Source: a virus
DNA length: 64,000 nt
Strand: one strand, 5' to 3'
IMG/VR virus record: IMGVR_UViG_3300028800_000069
Span: 1 to 64,000 of that record
Shown here: positions 25,776 through 37,854 of the stretch, piece after piece
Numbering within the stretch: the first letter of the stretch is position 1
How the letters are laid out: each line of letters starts with the position of its first letter
Notes under the pieces: generated by a model
The model's database searches: none
What the model saw: only the letters and a program-made list of their open reading frames with translations
Told to the model about the DNA's origin: nothing
Position numbers and translations under genes: made by a program

Positions 25776-28700
25776 ATGCGTCTAAACAACTTCGCAACGT
25801 TGCAACGTGGAGACCGCATCAAAGTGAAAATGTATCGCGCTGATAGTCAGGTAATGACTGTCACAGGAGAGCCATTCGAGAGTAATACCTTGGTGCCTGT
25901 CATAGATGAAGCAGGCAAGCAGTACAGCGTTTACTTCCGCGACGTTCTCAAGTTCGAGTACCCCAAAGATCAATTCTAAGGAGACCGCCATGAAGTCCGA
26001 AGCACAGCGCAGCACAATAACAACGTCAGCGCACAACGTATGGTCAGTGGCGGTGCATCATTACCTGACCGAAAAAGAATACCTCACGCTAACGTTGGGG
26101 CATGTGAAGGCTACACACGCATCCTTCAGGACATCAGGACAAGCGCTTGGTTGGATCAAAAGATTAGCCAAGAGTGAACCCGGAGGAGACGCATCCTTCA
26201 ACATAGTGTGCTGGGCAGAGGCAGAGCAACCTTGGGACATATACTTCGAGTAAAGGAGACCACCATGTATGACACGCTAGAAAAACGCCTGACCGCTGCT
26301 GGCCAGCGCACCACGAAGTTACAGCTTGCCTTTGATGCGCTGGAGTTCGCTAACGGACACGTGGGCGCTGCTAAGGACATCATCGCCAAACGTGGTATCC
26401 GCATCAGCGCACGAACATGGAACAAGGCAATCACCGCTCGCCTCTGCCATCTCACCGCAGCCGAACGCTGCCCACGCTAAGGAGACCGCCCCTACACATA
26501 CCAGTGGTGGCTATAGAAACATAGCCGCAGCATTACAAGTCAAGGGTTTGAAATAACAGTGCATTCACTTAGAATCCAATCCCAAGAGGAGAAGATCATG
26601 TTTAGCAAAAAGCATTACGAGTTTCTGGCCGCATTCATTGCGTATGAGCGAAGCGTTTCCACTGGTAACAACTGGGACGCTGACCAGCAGCGCACGGCAA
26701 CTATCGACGGACTTGCACGGCTATTAGCAAGGCGTTTAGAGCAGAACAATACCAAGTTCAATCGTGAGCGTTTCCTCGAAGCATGCGACGTACCGGAGGT
26801 GCTGTAATGACTAGCGCAGACCTTAACAACAGAGCAAAGGCAATTGCTAAGCTACTAACAGATGCAAAACCCTTCAGCGTAGTGCGTCACCAGCGCTTCG
26901 GCAATGAGCAGGCCGCAAGCGTAACAGGTGGCACACTGAGACGCGGACAAATCGTAACTTTGCATCCCATGTGCGGCACTGAACGGTACATCCGCAAAGC
27001 AATCGCTCAGGACATCGCAGAGCAAGAGTGCGAGCCGTTAGTCTAACGCCCACAGCCGCGCTACATGCGCAGGAGAATCCAATGCTTTCACTTTCGCAGA
27101 TGACCCCAGTAGCTTACATAACAGATGGCGCAATCGTTTGCCTCGCATGCGGTGACAAGGCTGGTCTACCAGTCAAGGACCAACTCATCGCCTACAACCT
27201 TGAATCCGACTTCTATGAGGATGGATTGAACTGTGACGAATGTGGCAAGGAACTGGTTGAGCCGTACGTTGAGGATGAACCCGAAGCAGAAGACGAGGTA
27301 TAATCGCGCAGGGCCTTGAGTGCCCTGCACAGCACAGACATAAAGACCGCAAGGATAACCGCCAAGCGATACCATTGGATAACACTTGGTGAGTCTGCGC
27401 TGTGTAGGCTACTCAACTTTCACCGGAGGATACCATCATGGATAACGTTGACGACATCATCGACTACGAAGACGGTAAACAGACGCACGAAGAGACCATC
27501 GCAATGTTTCAAAGCATGATCAATAGTGGCATGGCGTGGAAACTGCAAGGCAGCTATGGCCGCGAAGCAATGTCCCTAATCGAGTCTGGGCAATGCATCC
27601 TCGGTGAAGTAGGGCACCACGACTACTACGGCAACTACGTGCCAAGCCGTTATGAGGTGAAGGCCGGGACCAAAGGCAGTGTTGAGTATGCCGCTGCACG
27701 CAACTAACGTTCGCAGCCTAACGTTCGCAGCCGCGCACAGCGCACAGGAGCACACCATATGATGGGAGCAAGCTATAAAACCAAAAAGGCCCTGAAGGAA
27801 TCCGTAGGGCAATCGCTACGCTACGTTGAAACGTCCATGTTCGGGGAAGAGTACAAAGCGAACGGAACATTCTGCGTAGTCGGACCTAGCCCACTACAGC
27901 GCAAGTGGTTTGCTGAAGTGACCATGAAAGATGGCCTGATCGCAAAGGTAAGCTAATAGCGCACACGCGCAATGGAGACTACCATGCCACGTATCCCGAA
28001 GCACACTGTAGTAGACACAGACTGCACCAAGGCAGGCAGCGGCAACCTAGCACCCAAGGGTGCAAAGGTAGTCACGCTGAACCTGACAGGTCACACTGGC
28101 TCAATCAAGGCACGGCAGCGCATAGAGCAGACCATTGCTCTGGTCACAGCGCAGGCATTGTTAGACGCTGGGTATTCTCTAGGCGTGAACGATGGCGAGG
28201 AGACCACGATACACCACAGTCGAGACATCGCAGCCATACAGAAAGCACTGTTCACTACGGATGAAGATTGGCTCCTTGTATACAAGCACGAAGCTGGTCA
28301 CATCTACAGCGACGCAGACGGCGCACAGCATGAAGACAACCGTGCCGACTACTGGGTACGCTTTGTGTACGGCAATGATGGCTGGGACGTAATCAGCGAC
28401 TACACCGTGCATCTTGAGCCTGTAATCGGGGAAGGCACCATAGTGCAGAAACTGATTGACCACGCTGAAGAGTATGGCGTGGTGCCTGACCTGACGTACC
28501 GCAATCACAAGCTGACCGTGACCGTGTAAGCACTCAGCGCATGAACCTGTACGCCATGCGCTGGAATGTTCGCACCTCATCGAAGGAGCACACCATGACC
28601 AGCAACAAGCGCACCATCGCCCTATCGGAATTGGCATTAGAAATAGCCTATAAGCTGCACTCAAACCATGGGCAGGCGTGGGAGTTTGTTAAGCCTACCG

Positions 28701-31202
28701 AAGACGTGTACAGCGTTTACCTACGCAACGGCAGCGGTGCACGCATCTACCTGCAATTCGACAGCAGCAAAGGCTATGACCTGAACGACCGCGTACTGGT
28801 CACTGGTCACATGCACCTTGGCAAGAATGGATCGTACGTTGAAGTGTACGACCGTGGGGCGGATGGCACAGGCTGGACCAAAGTATCAGCACCGCGTATT
28901 ACCTCCGCATTGTCCCGTGGCCCTATGGCAATCGCAAAGGATATTGCCAAGCGGTTCCTTCCCGAGTACCTTCGCGTATTCGCACTGGCACAGGCCAAAG
29001 TACAGGCCGATGCAGACTATGATGCCGCTATCACAGCGAACCTGCAGCGCTTGGCAAAGGTCGCTGGTGTGAAACTGCCATCAGCACAGCAGTACTACAA
29101 CGAAGTGAACAAGTCATTCCACTTCAGCGTAGGACAGCGGTACTACGATGTGACGGCGAGCGCTAAGGATTGCTCTATGAAGATGAGCAGCCTGAGCATT
29201 GAGCAGGCTGAACACATCATCAAGTATCTACGTGGCAAATAAGCACGGCGAGGCTAAGGTGCCTCGTAGTGCACACAGTGCTGGCATGTCGTGTATATGC
29301 GGCCACAGTGCCAAGCGTACACTCCACAGTGTGCACCACGAAGCACCTAACTCGACTTCTAAGGAGATCACACCATGCAAGCATTCGATTACTACCAGAA
29401 GTATCAGCGCACACCGCTTGGCAGTACCGTGGCCACTCGCAAGGCATCAGCGCAGGACATTCGCCAAGCAACGGGCAGCGATGCCGTAGACTTCCACATC
29501 GAACAAGCAACCGCAAAGGAGTAAGCCATGAACCTGAACCCGTTGCTCACCGAAGCACTGTACGAACTTGGCCCACTGGTAGGATGGATCGTTCTGTGCG
29601 TCGTAGTCTTTGCGTACCTGAGCTAAGGAGACCTTTATGCCGTGGTGCTATCAAGGATTGCTGAGCCGTGCTGATGCAAGGCGCTGGGGTCACTACTGGA
29701 CAACTCTAGGCTGGTCTGTTAGACTGCAACGGACACGTCGAGGCAACTACCATACCTTTTTGAAGTTCCCTAGGAGGGCACAATGATGGACTACAAAGAC
29801 AACATTCAAGCACGCGCTGAGGAGATCGCATGGAATGATTACGACTGCGACTTCTACGACTTGTCTGACGAGTTGCAAGACAAGGTGTACGCATTAGCCA
29901 CAGACGGTTATGTAGACAGCATGGCCGCTCGCGCTGATTACCTGAACGACATTGCAAAGGAGAACTGACCATGGAATACGCAGAGGGCACACTTGAGAAG
30001 TTGCACGCACTGCGAAGGCTTGCTCTGTACAACTTGCCTTTGTACTGGGCGTTGACTCTTGCAATAGACTTCTTATTGCACGTGCCACAGAACAAGGTGG
30101 ACGAGGACATCGAACGAGTACGCACTGTCCACGGCTGGAGGAGCTAAGTTAGTAACTGAGCAGAGAGCACATCGCTGTGTCCTCTGCTCTACTCTCTTAA
30201 AGTTCATGTCAGTGGACTGGCGCAGGTTCGAGTCCTGCCCTGTCAAGAGTAGTTGTGTGGGCCTGACAGCCTGCGCAGCGAAGACAGTGTGTGGAAGCCA
30301 AAGGAGAGTAGAGCAGATGGCACAGATATTACAAAGGAGACAACATGACGCCACAAGCCGCGAAGTCTATCATCTTCAAAGCGCTGAAAGACCTAGGCCA
30401 CAATCCATTTCAATACAAACTGACTGCTCGCACAATTGACTTCAGCGACTTAGCACGCTCTGCTTGCGTGTTTGTGCGAGTGCAAGGATGGGAACCACAT
30501 CCTGACTGGTTATTACTGAAGGCAGAAGCGAAGCGACACGGGTTCTGCATCGAATAAGGAGCACACCATGCATTACATTGCATTTCTAGACCATCCAAAC
30601 CGACGCGTGGAAGTAGAAGGGGAAACCTTCTTAGCAGCACAGCATCAGGCAGCTATGTTGCTAAGCACGCGCAGAGAGCATGACATCTACCTGATAGAGA
30701 CTCCGCAACGCTACACCATTGCAGAGTTCGAAGCAGACACGGAGGAGTGAACCATGACGCGCAACCGAGACGTAGCGCATCGCAATGACTATGACTGCTA
30801 CTGCTACCACCTCCTTTGCACTGCTGCTCAGGAACTGGTACGGTATACCGCGCTGGGATATGACTGCTTCCTGTTTTCGGAGACCTATGGACGAGACAGG
30901 CAGACAGTCTACTATCTAGCGCACAAGAAGCTCAATAAGCCTACGCGCACACAGCGTGGCGCTAGTTTAGGGAGGGCAGCATGAGCACTGCATCAAAAGT
31001 AGCAGCGCACAAAGCAAAGCACCCAGAGCTATACTGTTTGCAACATGGATGCCTGTGGCGTATACCTGAAGATGTTTTGTTCTGTCCGCGACATAGGAAT
31101 CGCCGCAAAGAAGCACCGTACATTGCACAAGCACGGCAGATTGCCACGATGTACAACACACTCGCACAGGCTGAAGCGCGGCCTGACTTGGAGGAACAAT
31201 GA
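25776..31202 (+). CDS. Early-region array of ~20 small hypothetical genes (e.g. 25776-25979, 25990-26253, 26265-26480, 26598-26807, 26807-27046, 27082-27303, 27438-27707, 27759-27956, 27984-28529, 28595-29242, 29783-29968, 30345-30557, 30568-30750, 30754-30984, 30981-31202)
   Basis: Co-oriented short ORFs, most with strong AAGGAG-type RBS. Several carry motifs common in phage early genes (KFNRERFLEAC; WKLQGSYGR). Confidence 0.65.
30176..30325 (+). ncRNA. YrlA/Y-RNA-like permuted tRNA mimic
   Basis: T arm GCAGG-TTCGAGT-CCTGC, then a loop-capped acceptor-like stem CTGTCA/TGACAG, then a D-like arm, all enclosed by a perfect 14-bp stem 30183-30196/30304-30317. Confidence 0.55.
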
Positions 31203-31576
31203 CTGAATGGTGGGAAGACTACGACAACGACCCAGATTACTTTGATGGGAAACGTGCTCCGGTAGAGGGCGAAGTACATAACGGGTTCCCTGATGAAGAA
31301 ACAGAAATGGATGTTGACTACCCTGACCCCGAAGTTGAGGACGCCGAGAACAACCACGGCCAACCACCAGAGCCAGCCTCCGAATACTACGAGAACATTA
31401 CACCAAAGCGTTGCAGCGATGCCTGCGATGTATGGGTGTATGAGTATGCAGGCTGTTGGTACAATTACAACACAGGCATCGCGCATACTTGTGGCTACGA
31501 TCCTGAAGTGGAAGACCATCGTAATGACTACATGCCAACAATGGAATACGTTCTGGGGAAACCCAAGGAGAACACA

Positions 31577-31960
31577 ATGAACAACGTTAAGGTAATTCAA
31601 CGCCCCACTCGCGGCATCTCTGCGCAGTCCCTGAAGATTGGGGAGTTCGCACGCATCTCTGAACCCACTGGCGACTCGCATATCGGAGACATCGTACTCA
31701 AGACGCGCACGAACGTGGTGAACATCACGAACCCGAATGTGGTGTGGGATTCACCGTTCTCTTCTCCGTTTGTCGAGCGCTTGAACACTGGTGATACATT
31801 GCAAATAACCGTTGGCCTGACGACCGACTTCGAAACGCGCATCCGTGACATTGCCAAGAACAACAACAAGATTCTGGCAATCAAGGAAGTGCGCGAAGCA
31901 ACCAACTGGGGATTGAAGGAGTCGAAGGAGTACGTTGAATCTCTGATGTTGCAGTTCTAA
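31577..31960 (+). CDS. Protein with a C-terminal ribosomal protein bL12 (L7/L12) CTD-like domain
   Basis: KILAIKEVREATNWGLKESKEYVE matches the bL12 consensus KI.VIK.VR..TGLGLKEAK..VE. AAGGAG precedes the ATG at 31577; an in-frame acidic extension from 31199 is possible. Confidence 0.8.
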   Translation: MNNVKVIQRPTRGISAQSLKIGEFARISEPTGDSHIGDIVLKTRTNVVNITNPNVVWDSPFSSPFVERLNTGDTLQITVGLTTDFETRIRDIAKNNNKILAIKEVREATNWGLKESKEYVESLMLQF

Positions 31961-32241
31961 GGAGACCACTATGACCAGCGCTGATTATTCCACCATACCG
32001 AGTTCAGCGCTGGTTGCGCTGGCTCAACTGATCCTAACCCGTGCTAAGCTTTCTCTACCATGCACAACACGTGAGCAGGCTTTACGCGTGATCCAAGGTG
32101 TAAAGCCTGCACCTCCCCGTCGTTCTCCACTCAACATCAAGACTCATGTGCCTACGTGCTTCGTGTGCCACAAGCCAATGCCTAACGGTTCGCTGTGCGA
32201 TTCGCTAGGCCGCGTGCATATCAACTGCCAAGGAGATCGCA

Positions 32242-32802
32242 ATGAAACCCGCAAAGCATGAAATTCGATGCGCCTCACATCTAGTACCTATGCTCAATCC
32301 AAAGCGTGCAAAGTTCACGGCCAAGCAGGTTGTAAGGATGATACGTGAGCGCAAGCTGGAGTTTGATGCAATCGCGTGCCGTGGTATCTCTGGTCTGTTG
32401 ATTGCTCCGATTGTGGCGATGCGTCTGAACAAAACTCTCATCGTAGTTCGCAAGGGTGAGAAGACGCATAGCTGCTACGAAGTAGAGGGAGACCACGGAG
32501 CTAAGCGTTACCTCATCCTAGATGACTTCATTGACTGTGGAGATACAGTCAGAGCGATCACAGAGCAAATCTTTGTAGTGAACCAAGGTGCTCGCTGTGT
32601 GGGTTTCATTGCCTATAAGCGCTTGTCCTTTGATACAGACGAGCCATTTGAAAGACAGATGGATCGAGCGTGGTGGGACCAAGAGACCACGGACATTAAC
32701 AGGTTCTTTCCCGAAGAGTACGTTGCACGATTGGAGGAGGGGTTCGAAAGTTTAGCCTTAGCACTGGCCGATAAAGTCAAAAGAAATTGGAGGCATTTAT
32801 GA
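32242..32802 (+). CDS. Type I phosphoribosyltransferase-like protein
   Basis: PRPP-binding loop LILDDFIDCGDTV; also GISGLLIA and VVRK. Confidence 0.8.
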   Translation: MKPAKHEIRCASHLVPMLNPKRAKFTAKQVVRMIRERKLEFDAIACRGISGLLIAPIVAMRLNKTLIVVRKGEKTHSCYEVEGDHGAKRYLILDDFIDCGDTVRAITEQIFVVNQGARCVGFIAYKRLSFDTDEPFERQMDRAWWDQETTDINRFFPEEYVARLEEGFESLALALADKVKRNWRHL

Positions 32803-33350
32803 CTTGGTTAATCAAAGCTACTCGCAGAGGAAACGCTACAGACACACAGACATTTGTAGCTATGGACGGCACAGCACCATGTGAAACAAGACAGCAGGCA
32901 GTGAAGCGCGTAGCAGACTTCAACGCGTACAACGAGTTTTGGACCTACGAACTGGTGGAGCACGTGACTCAAGAAAAGGAGAGCACTGTAATACGAGATT
33001 GGGTAAAAGGTTGGAACTGGGGTTTGACTGGGCCGAACACTCCCTCTACACCTACTGTGGGAATGGCATGTGCCGTACACGACCATAACAAAGCAATGGA
33101 CAATTGGAAGCAGGGACAGCCATTTCCCAAGTCTCCTACTTGGTTTGACTACTACATTCCCATCGCATGTGGCACAGACACTGTGGCGATTGCTGTGGGG
33201 CCTGACCGCGAGGCGACAGCAGATTTTATTGTCAAAGCATGCGTCATGGAGCAGGAACTGGCGATTGCAAAGGAACGCATTGCGGCATTGGAGCGCACCC
33301 TGCAAAGTCTCAAGGACGTTGTAGTAGATCGCATCAAGGAGGTGTTATGA
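32787..33350 (+). CDS. Hypothetical protein with a C-terminal coiled coil
   Basis: Co-oriented ORF; likely start at the ATG near 32799 after GGAGG. Confidence 0.5.
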   Translation: MEAFMTWLIKATRRGNATDTQTFVAMDGTAPCETRQQAVKRVADFNAYNEFWTYELVEHVTQEKESTVIRDWVKGWNWGLTGPNTPSTPTVGMACAVHDHNKAMDNWKQGQPFPKSPTWFDYYIPIACGTDTVAIAVGPDREATADFIVKACVMEQELAIAKERIAALERTLQSLKDVVVDRIKEVL

Positions 33351-33542
33351 CACTTCTGCACACTTGCATTCTGATCCTAGTTGCCGTAGCTACCTTGGTG
33401 GTGGGCTTTGCATTCGGTTTGTGCATCACTGCCAAGCGAGCCGATGAGGCAATGTCTCGCGCAATGGGGAAGTACGATGAAGACCACAACGATCCTAACA
33501 ACAGTGGCACATTCGATCCGAAGTAATTTCAAAGGAGACATA

Positions 33543-34172
33543 ATGAAGAGTTACATCGTCGTGTTCCTCATGTTTATCGTGTCCTCGCTTTGCTGGGGAC
33601 AGAACATTGTGCACCCGTACGTTGCTGCTGGAGCCGTGCTGAATGGCTCTGGACAAGACAACATAGGTGGCTCTGGAGTCACAGGGATCATCGTGGATGC
33701 ACCACACCTCTTCTCATACAGCGAAGCAGGGTATGAGACCGGAGGCAAGACCAACGACAACGCGAATGTGAGTCACAAAGGCCACGACCGATTCCTAGCG
33801 AACGAGACCTTGTTTCGCAAAGGTGATTGGTACGCAGGTGCAGGGATCGACTGGTTGAAGCTATACACTCCTGCCTACACTAAGAGCCATGTGCACCCTC
33901 GCGTGACTGTGGGCCGAGAGTTCCATGGAGGCTATGTTAACAAAGTGCTCATCTCGTACGTGCATCCCGGCACCGATTGGCAAAACGGAGTGCAGGGAGT
34001 AGAGGCACAGGCGTGGTGGACTTTCAATCACGTATTCTTTCGCATGACGGCTGGTGGGTACATCGACCATGATACGCTCACTGACCGCAACAACAAGCCA
34101 ATGACAGCCGTGCAGCTATCACGCCACAGCTTGACAAGCAAAGCGCAGTTTCTGATCGGATACCGATTCTAA
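33543..34172 (+). CDS. Signal-peptide protein, probable outer-membrane beta-barrel
   Basis: N-terminal MKSYIVVFLMFIVSSLCWG-Q; alternating aromatic strands; C-terminal FLIGYRF resembles a BAM beta-signal. Confidence 0.6.
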   Translation: MKSYIVVFLMFIVSSLCWGQNIVHPYVAAGAVLNGSGQDNIGGSGVTGIIVDAPHLFSYSEAGYETGGKTNDNANVSHKGHDRFLANETLFRKGDWYAGAGIDWLKLYTPAYTKSHVHPRVTVGREFHGGYVNKVLISYVHPGTDWQNGVQGVEAQAWWTFNHVFFRMTAGGYIDHDTLTDRNNKPMTAVQLSRHSLTSKAQFLIGYRF

Positions 34173-34623
34173 AGGGAGAAACTATGAAACCAGTAACGCA
34201 CAAAGCAAAGAAGGCCGCTAAGAAGTTGTTCAAGAAGCTTCCACACACAACCCGTCCTTTCTCCTCGGAAGATTACAAGAACCTTCCCAAGGAGTAAACT
34301 AGTAACAGCGCAGGTTATGCCCTGCGCGAACTGTCATGCCTCGTTTAACTACTGGTAGAGGGACCACCACTTGGCAGTTCGCGGAGGGCATCATGCATGG
34401 CTTTCCTTTAAAAAATTCGGAAGAGTTCGCAAGCAGATGCACAAAGCCAAACGTAAGTTTACTACAGAGCAGGCTGCTAGAGAGTTCCCAGCGCACGGCA
34501 TACGCTCCGTGTACCTGTGTCCTTTCTGCTGCATGTATCACATCTCTACGCACGAACATACACCGCGCCATGAACAAGAGCGCTGGTGGATAATCTGGAA
34601 CAAAGAAATAGGAGAACAACAAC

Positions 34624-35538
34624 ATGCCGTTTAAACCAATGCTCGCGCCCAACGAAACACCAGACTTCAGTACATTGCGGTTCCCGTTGCTCTCTTCTAC
34701 AAAGCTGGATGGAATACGCGCTACGTTGCAAGGTGGACAGCTTCTTAGCAGAAGCCTGAAGCCAATTCCTAACCGCTATGTGCAGGAGCGCTTCACTAAC
34801 CTAGGACTGCCCGAAGGTCTGGACGGAGAGTTAATCTGTGGCAATCCGTTTGACGACCCATACAAGCGCACGCACAGCATTGTGATGAGCGACGATAAGC
34901 CTCTGGACTTCTACGGAGACACAGTGCGCTGGCGCATCTTCGACAAGTATGATAAGGACATGGGATTCCGTGACCGTCACAACACGGCTCGCGTAGCAGT
35001 GCTAGACAATCCCAGTCCGTATGTAGTCATAGTCCCCCATGTAGTCCTAAACAGCGTAGAAGAGCTAGAAGCATTCGAACGCAATACGCTGGCACTGGGC
35101 TACGAAGGTGTCATGCTTCGTAGCATGGATGGTCCGTACAAACAAGGGCGTAGCACACTCAACCAAGGTTGGCTCCTGAAGGTAAAGCGCTATCAGGAAG
35201 CAGAAGCGCTAATCATGGACACGTACGCAGAGATGGAGAACACCAATGAAGAGTTCACGAACGAACTGGGTCGCACGGCTCGCTCATCTGCAAAAGCTGG
35301 GAAAGTTGCAAAGGCTCAGCTTGGTGGATTCCACGTCATCGGCCAAGGTGCCTTCTACAACGGCATCGACTTCGATGTGCCAAACTCCAGCATCACGCAT
35401 GAAGATCGCAAAACGCTATGGGAAAAGCGTGACGATCTGAAAGGCAAACTGCTGGTTTATAAGTTCTTTCCATGTGGATCAGACGTAAGGCCGAGGCATC
35501 CAGTGTTCAAATGGTTCCGCGACAGGAGGGATGTATGA
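34624..35538 (+). CDS. ATP-dependent DNA ligase
   Basis: Motif I KLDGIR, LDGEL, IFD, EGVMLR, LLKVK, and C-terminal RHPVF..FR. Confidence 0.92.
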   Translation: MPFKPMLAPNETPDFSTLRFPLLSSTKLDGIRATLQGGQLLSRSLKPIPNRYVQERFTNLGLPEGLDGELICGNPFDDPYKRTHSIVMSDDKPLDFYGDTVRWRIFDKYDKDMGFRDRHNTARVAVLDNPSPYVVIVPHVVLNSVEELEAFERNTLALGYEGVMLRSMDGPYKQGRSTLNQGWLLKVKRYQEAEALIMDTYAEMENTNEEFTNELGRTARSSAKAGKVAKAQLGGFHVIGQGAFYNGIDFDVPNSSITHEDRKTLWEKRDDLKGKLLVYKFFPCGSDVRPRHPVFKWFRDRRDV

Positions 35539-35890
35539 GCGAAGATTGCCATAGTTCTGAAAACGTTCCGCGTATACAAGCGCAATGCGCTGAGTGCGGT
35601 TTTCTATTCGACCTGTGCAAAGGCACAGATTGTCCTGCCTGTCACCACACTGGTGTCAGGTGGGCGCGGCTGGTGAATGAAGATGAAGAGGTAGCCTGCG
35701 GATTGATTGCGCAGCAACGCATGCGTCGAAGGTTAGATGCGTGGGCGAATGAAGAGGAGATGCGCAGGGCAATGCGTAGCTTTTCGCAAGGCATCCAGTA
35801 CAGCAACGAGACTGGGCTACCCTTGTCAAAGGATGAACGCAAGAGCATTGATGAGTGTGAAGCCATCTATGCGTTGAAAGACGAAAGGCC

Positions 35891-36262
35891 ATGAAACACG
35901 CATGGATACTGGCGATTCTCACTACCACGTGCTTTGCTCAGGACTTCTGGACAAAGGAACGCAAGGTGGAGACCACTGGATTAGTGGCCGCTACCTTGGT
36001 GGACGGCTACACGACTCAAACATTGCTCCATCGCGGAGCGTACGAATTGAATCCTGTAGCACGTCCACTGGTAACCCATGGAACAGCAGGGCAGGTTGCA
36101 GCAGACGTGCTGGGCGTTAGCTTAGCGCTGGGCGTGCAGTATGCCTTGCATCGCACAGGTCACACCAAAGCCGCACGCTGGGCAGGCCGCATAGCTCTGG
36201 CAGCGGAGTGGGCAAACGTTGGTAGGAACATCTACTACGTGAAGAAAGGACCAAGCCAATGA
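35891..36262 (+). CDS. Membrane protein
   Basis: Signal-like N-terminus, hydrophobic helices, and a D..TT...G..ELNP motif. Confidence 0.55.
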   Translation: MKHAWILAILTTTCFAQDFWTKERKVETTGLVAATLVDGYTTQTLLHRGAYELNPVARPLVTHGTAGQVAADVLGVSLALGVQYALHRTGHTKAARWAGRIALAAEWANVGRNIYYVKKGPSQ

Positions 36263-36609
36263 ACCGCTACGAGAAACTAGACCTTATCACGGGAATATTC
36301 TACATCGTGGTGTGGATAGTCATTGTGTACTTACACGCAGGAGGACCACGGTGAGAGTTAACCCAAAAGAAGAGTGGGTCAATGAACGGATGAAGCGATT
36401 GACTGCGCGTCCGTTCTGCCCCAAGTGCTTCCTCTTCTTAGAGGAGCATAACAACAGCGCGTGTGACATGCGTTATGAGGAGGACTTACCATGTGTGTCG
36501 TGTGTACCGAAGCAGCCATCGCTGGAGTCGCTGTGCTTGTTGGTTGGAGACTCTGGCTTCACCGTGTGATTAACATTCCCAGTCAACTTAACCGAGCATT
36601 GGAGGCAAC

Positions 36610-37854
36610 GTGGAAAACCTGTTTGAAGTAATCGATGCAGGCAACGGAAAGATTGTGAAGGCGTGGAAGCGTGGTGTACCTTTCGAAGAGGGAGCCATAG
36701 AGCAACTGAAGAAGACCGCACAGATGCCGTTTGTGTTCCGCCACGTAGCAGCCATGCCAGATACGCACATAGGTGTGGGAGCCACGATTGGAACTGTGCT
36801 TCCGACCAAAGGAGCATGTATACCATCAGCCGTGGGAGTGGATTTAGGCTGTGGAATGATCGCACAGCGCTACACTTTCACACGCAAAGAACTGGAAGCC
36901 GTAGGACTTGCCAAGATTCGTGCCGCGATTGAGGCGGCAGTACCGTGCGGACGAACCAACAACGGTGGGCCGGGAGATCGCGGAGCATGGGGCAACGTGC
37001 CTCAAAACATAGTAGATGTATGGGCACGAGAGTTCAACGATGCGTACGAAATTATGTGTGCAAAGCATCCCGGCATGAAAGCACGCAACACATACAACCA
37101 GCTTGGCACACTTGGTACAGGAAACCACTTCATCGAACTGTCCGAGGATGAGCAGGGGCGCGTGTGGCTAGTGCTGCATTCTGGATCACGAGGGCTGGGC
37201 AATAAGATCGGAGTGTATTTCACTGATGTTGCCAAGCAGTTGTGTGCTAAATGGTTCATCACTCTGCCTGACCCTGACCTTGCGTATCTGCCTGTAGACA
37301 CGCAGGAGTTTAAGGACTACAAAGATGCTGTGCAGTTGGCGCAGAGGTTTGCATGGCAGAATCGTTTGCTGATGGTAGATCGCATTCAGCACGTGCTGTC
37401 GGATGTAATGCATGAAGTTCAAGGAGTGCAGTGGGGAGCGATTGAAGAAGTCCACTGCCATCACAACTACATTTCATGGGAGAGACACTTTGGCGAAAAC
37501 ATCATGGTCACTCGCAAAGGTGCAGTTCGCGTGCAGGCTGGAGAGCTTGGCATTATCCCCGGCTCTATGGGAGCACGGACCTACATCGTTGAAGGCTTGG
37601 GAAATCGTGAATCATTCTGCACGTGTTCTCATGGAGCAGGCCGAGCTATGGGACGCAAGCAAGCTGAGCGGACCTTCACTGTTGCTGAGCATGCCGCTGC
37701 GACCGCAGGTATTGAGTGTGATAAGACAGCGGATACGCTTGACGAAACCCCAGCTTGCTACAAGTCAATCGAAGCGGTAATGGCAGCGCAGGCAGACATC
37801 GTAAAACCTGTGCACATACTCAAACAGTTCCTTAACGTGAAAGGAAAGAAATAA
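36610..37854 (+). CDS. rtcB: RtcB RNA 3'-phosphate/5'-OH ligase
   Basis: MPDTHIG, VGVDLGCG, GTLGTGNHFIE, HSGSRGLG, HHN, RKGA, PGSMG, SHGAGR, DETPACYK. Confidence 0.96.
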   Translation: MENLFEVIDAGNGKIVKAWKRGVPFEEGAIEQLKKTAQMPFVFRHVAAMPDTHIGVGATIGTVLPTKGACIPSAVGVDLGCGMIAQRYTFTRKELEAVGLAKIRAAIEAAVPCGRTNNGGPGDRGAWGNVPQNIVDVWAREFNDAYEIMCAKHPGMKARNTYNQLGTLGTGNHFIELSEDEQGRVWLVLHSGSRGLGNKIGVYFTDVAKQLCAKWFITLPDPDLAYLPVDTQEFKDYKDAVQLAQRFAWQNRLLMVDRIQHVLSDVMHEVQGVQWGAIEEVHCHHNYISWERHFGENIMVTRKGAVRVQAGELGIIPGSMGARTYIVEGLGNRESFCTCSHGAGRAMGRKQAERTFTVAEHAAATAGIECDKTADTLDETPACYKSIEAVMAAQADIVKPVHILKQFLNVKGKK

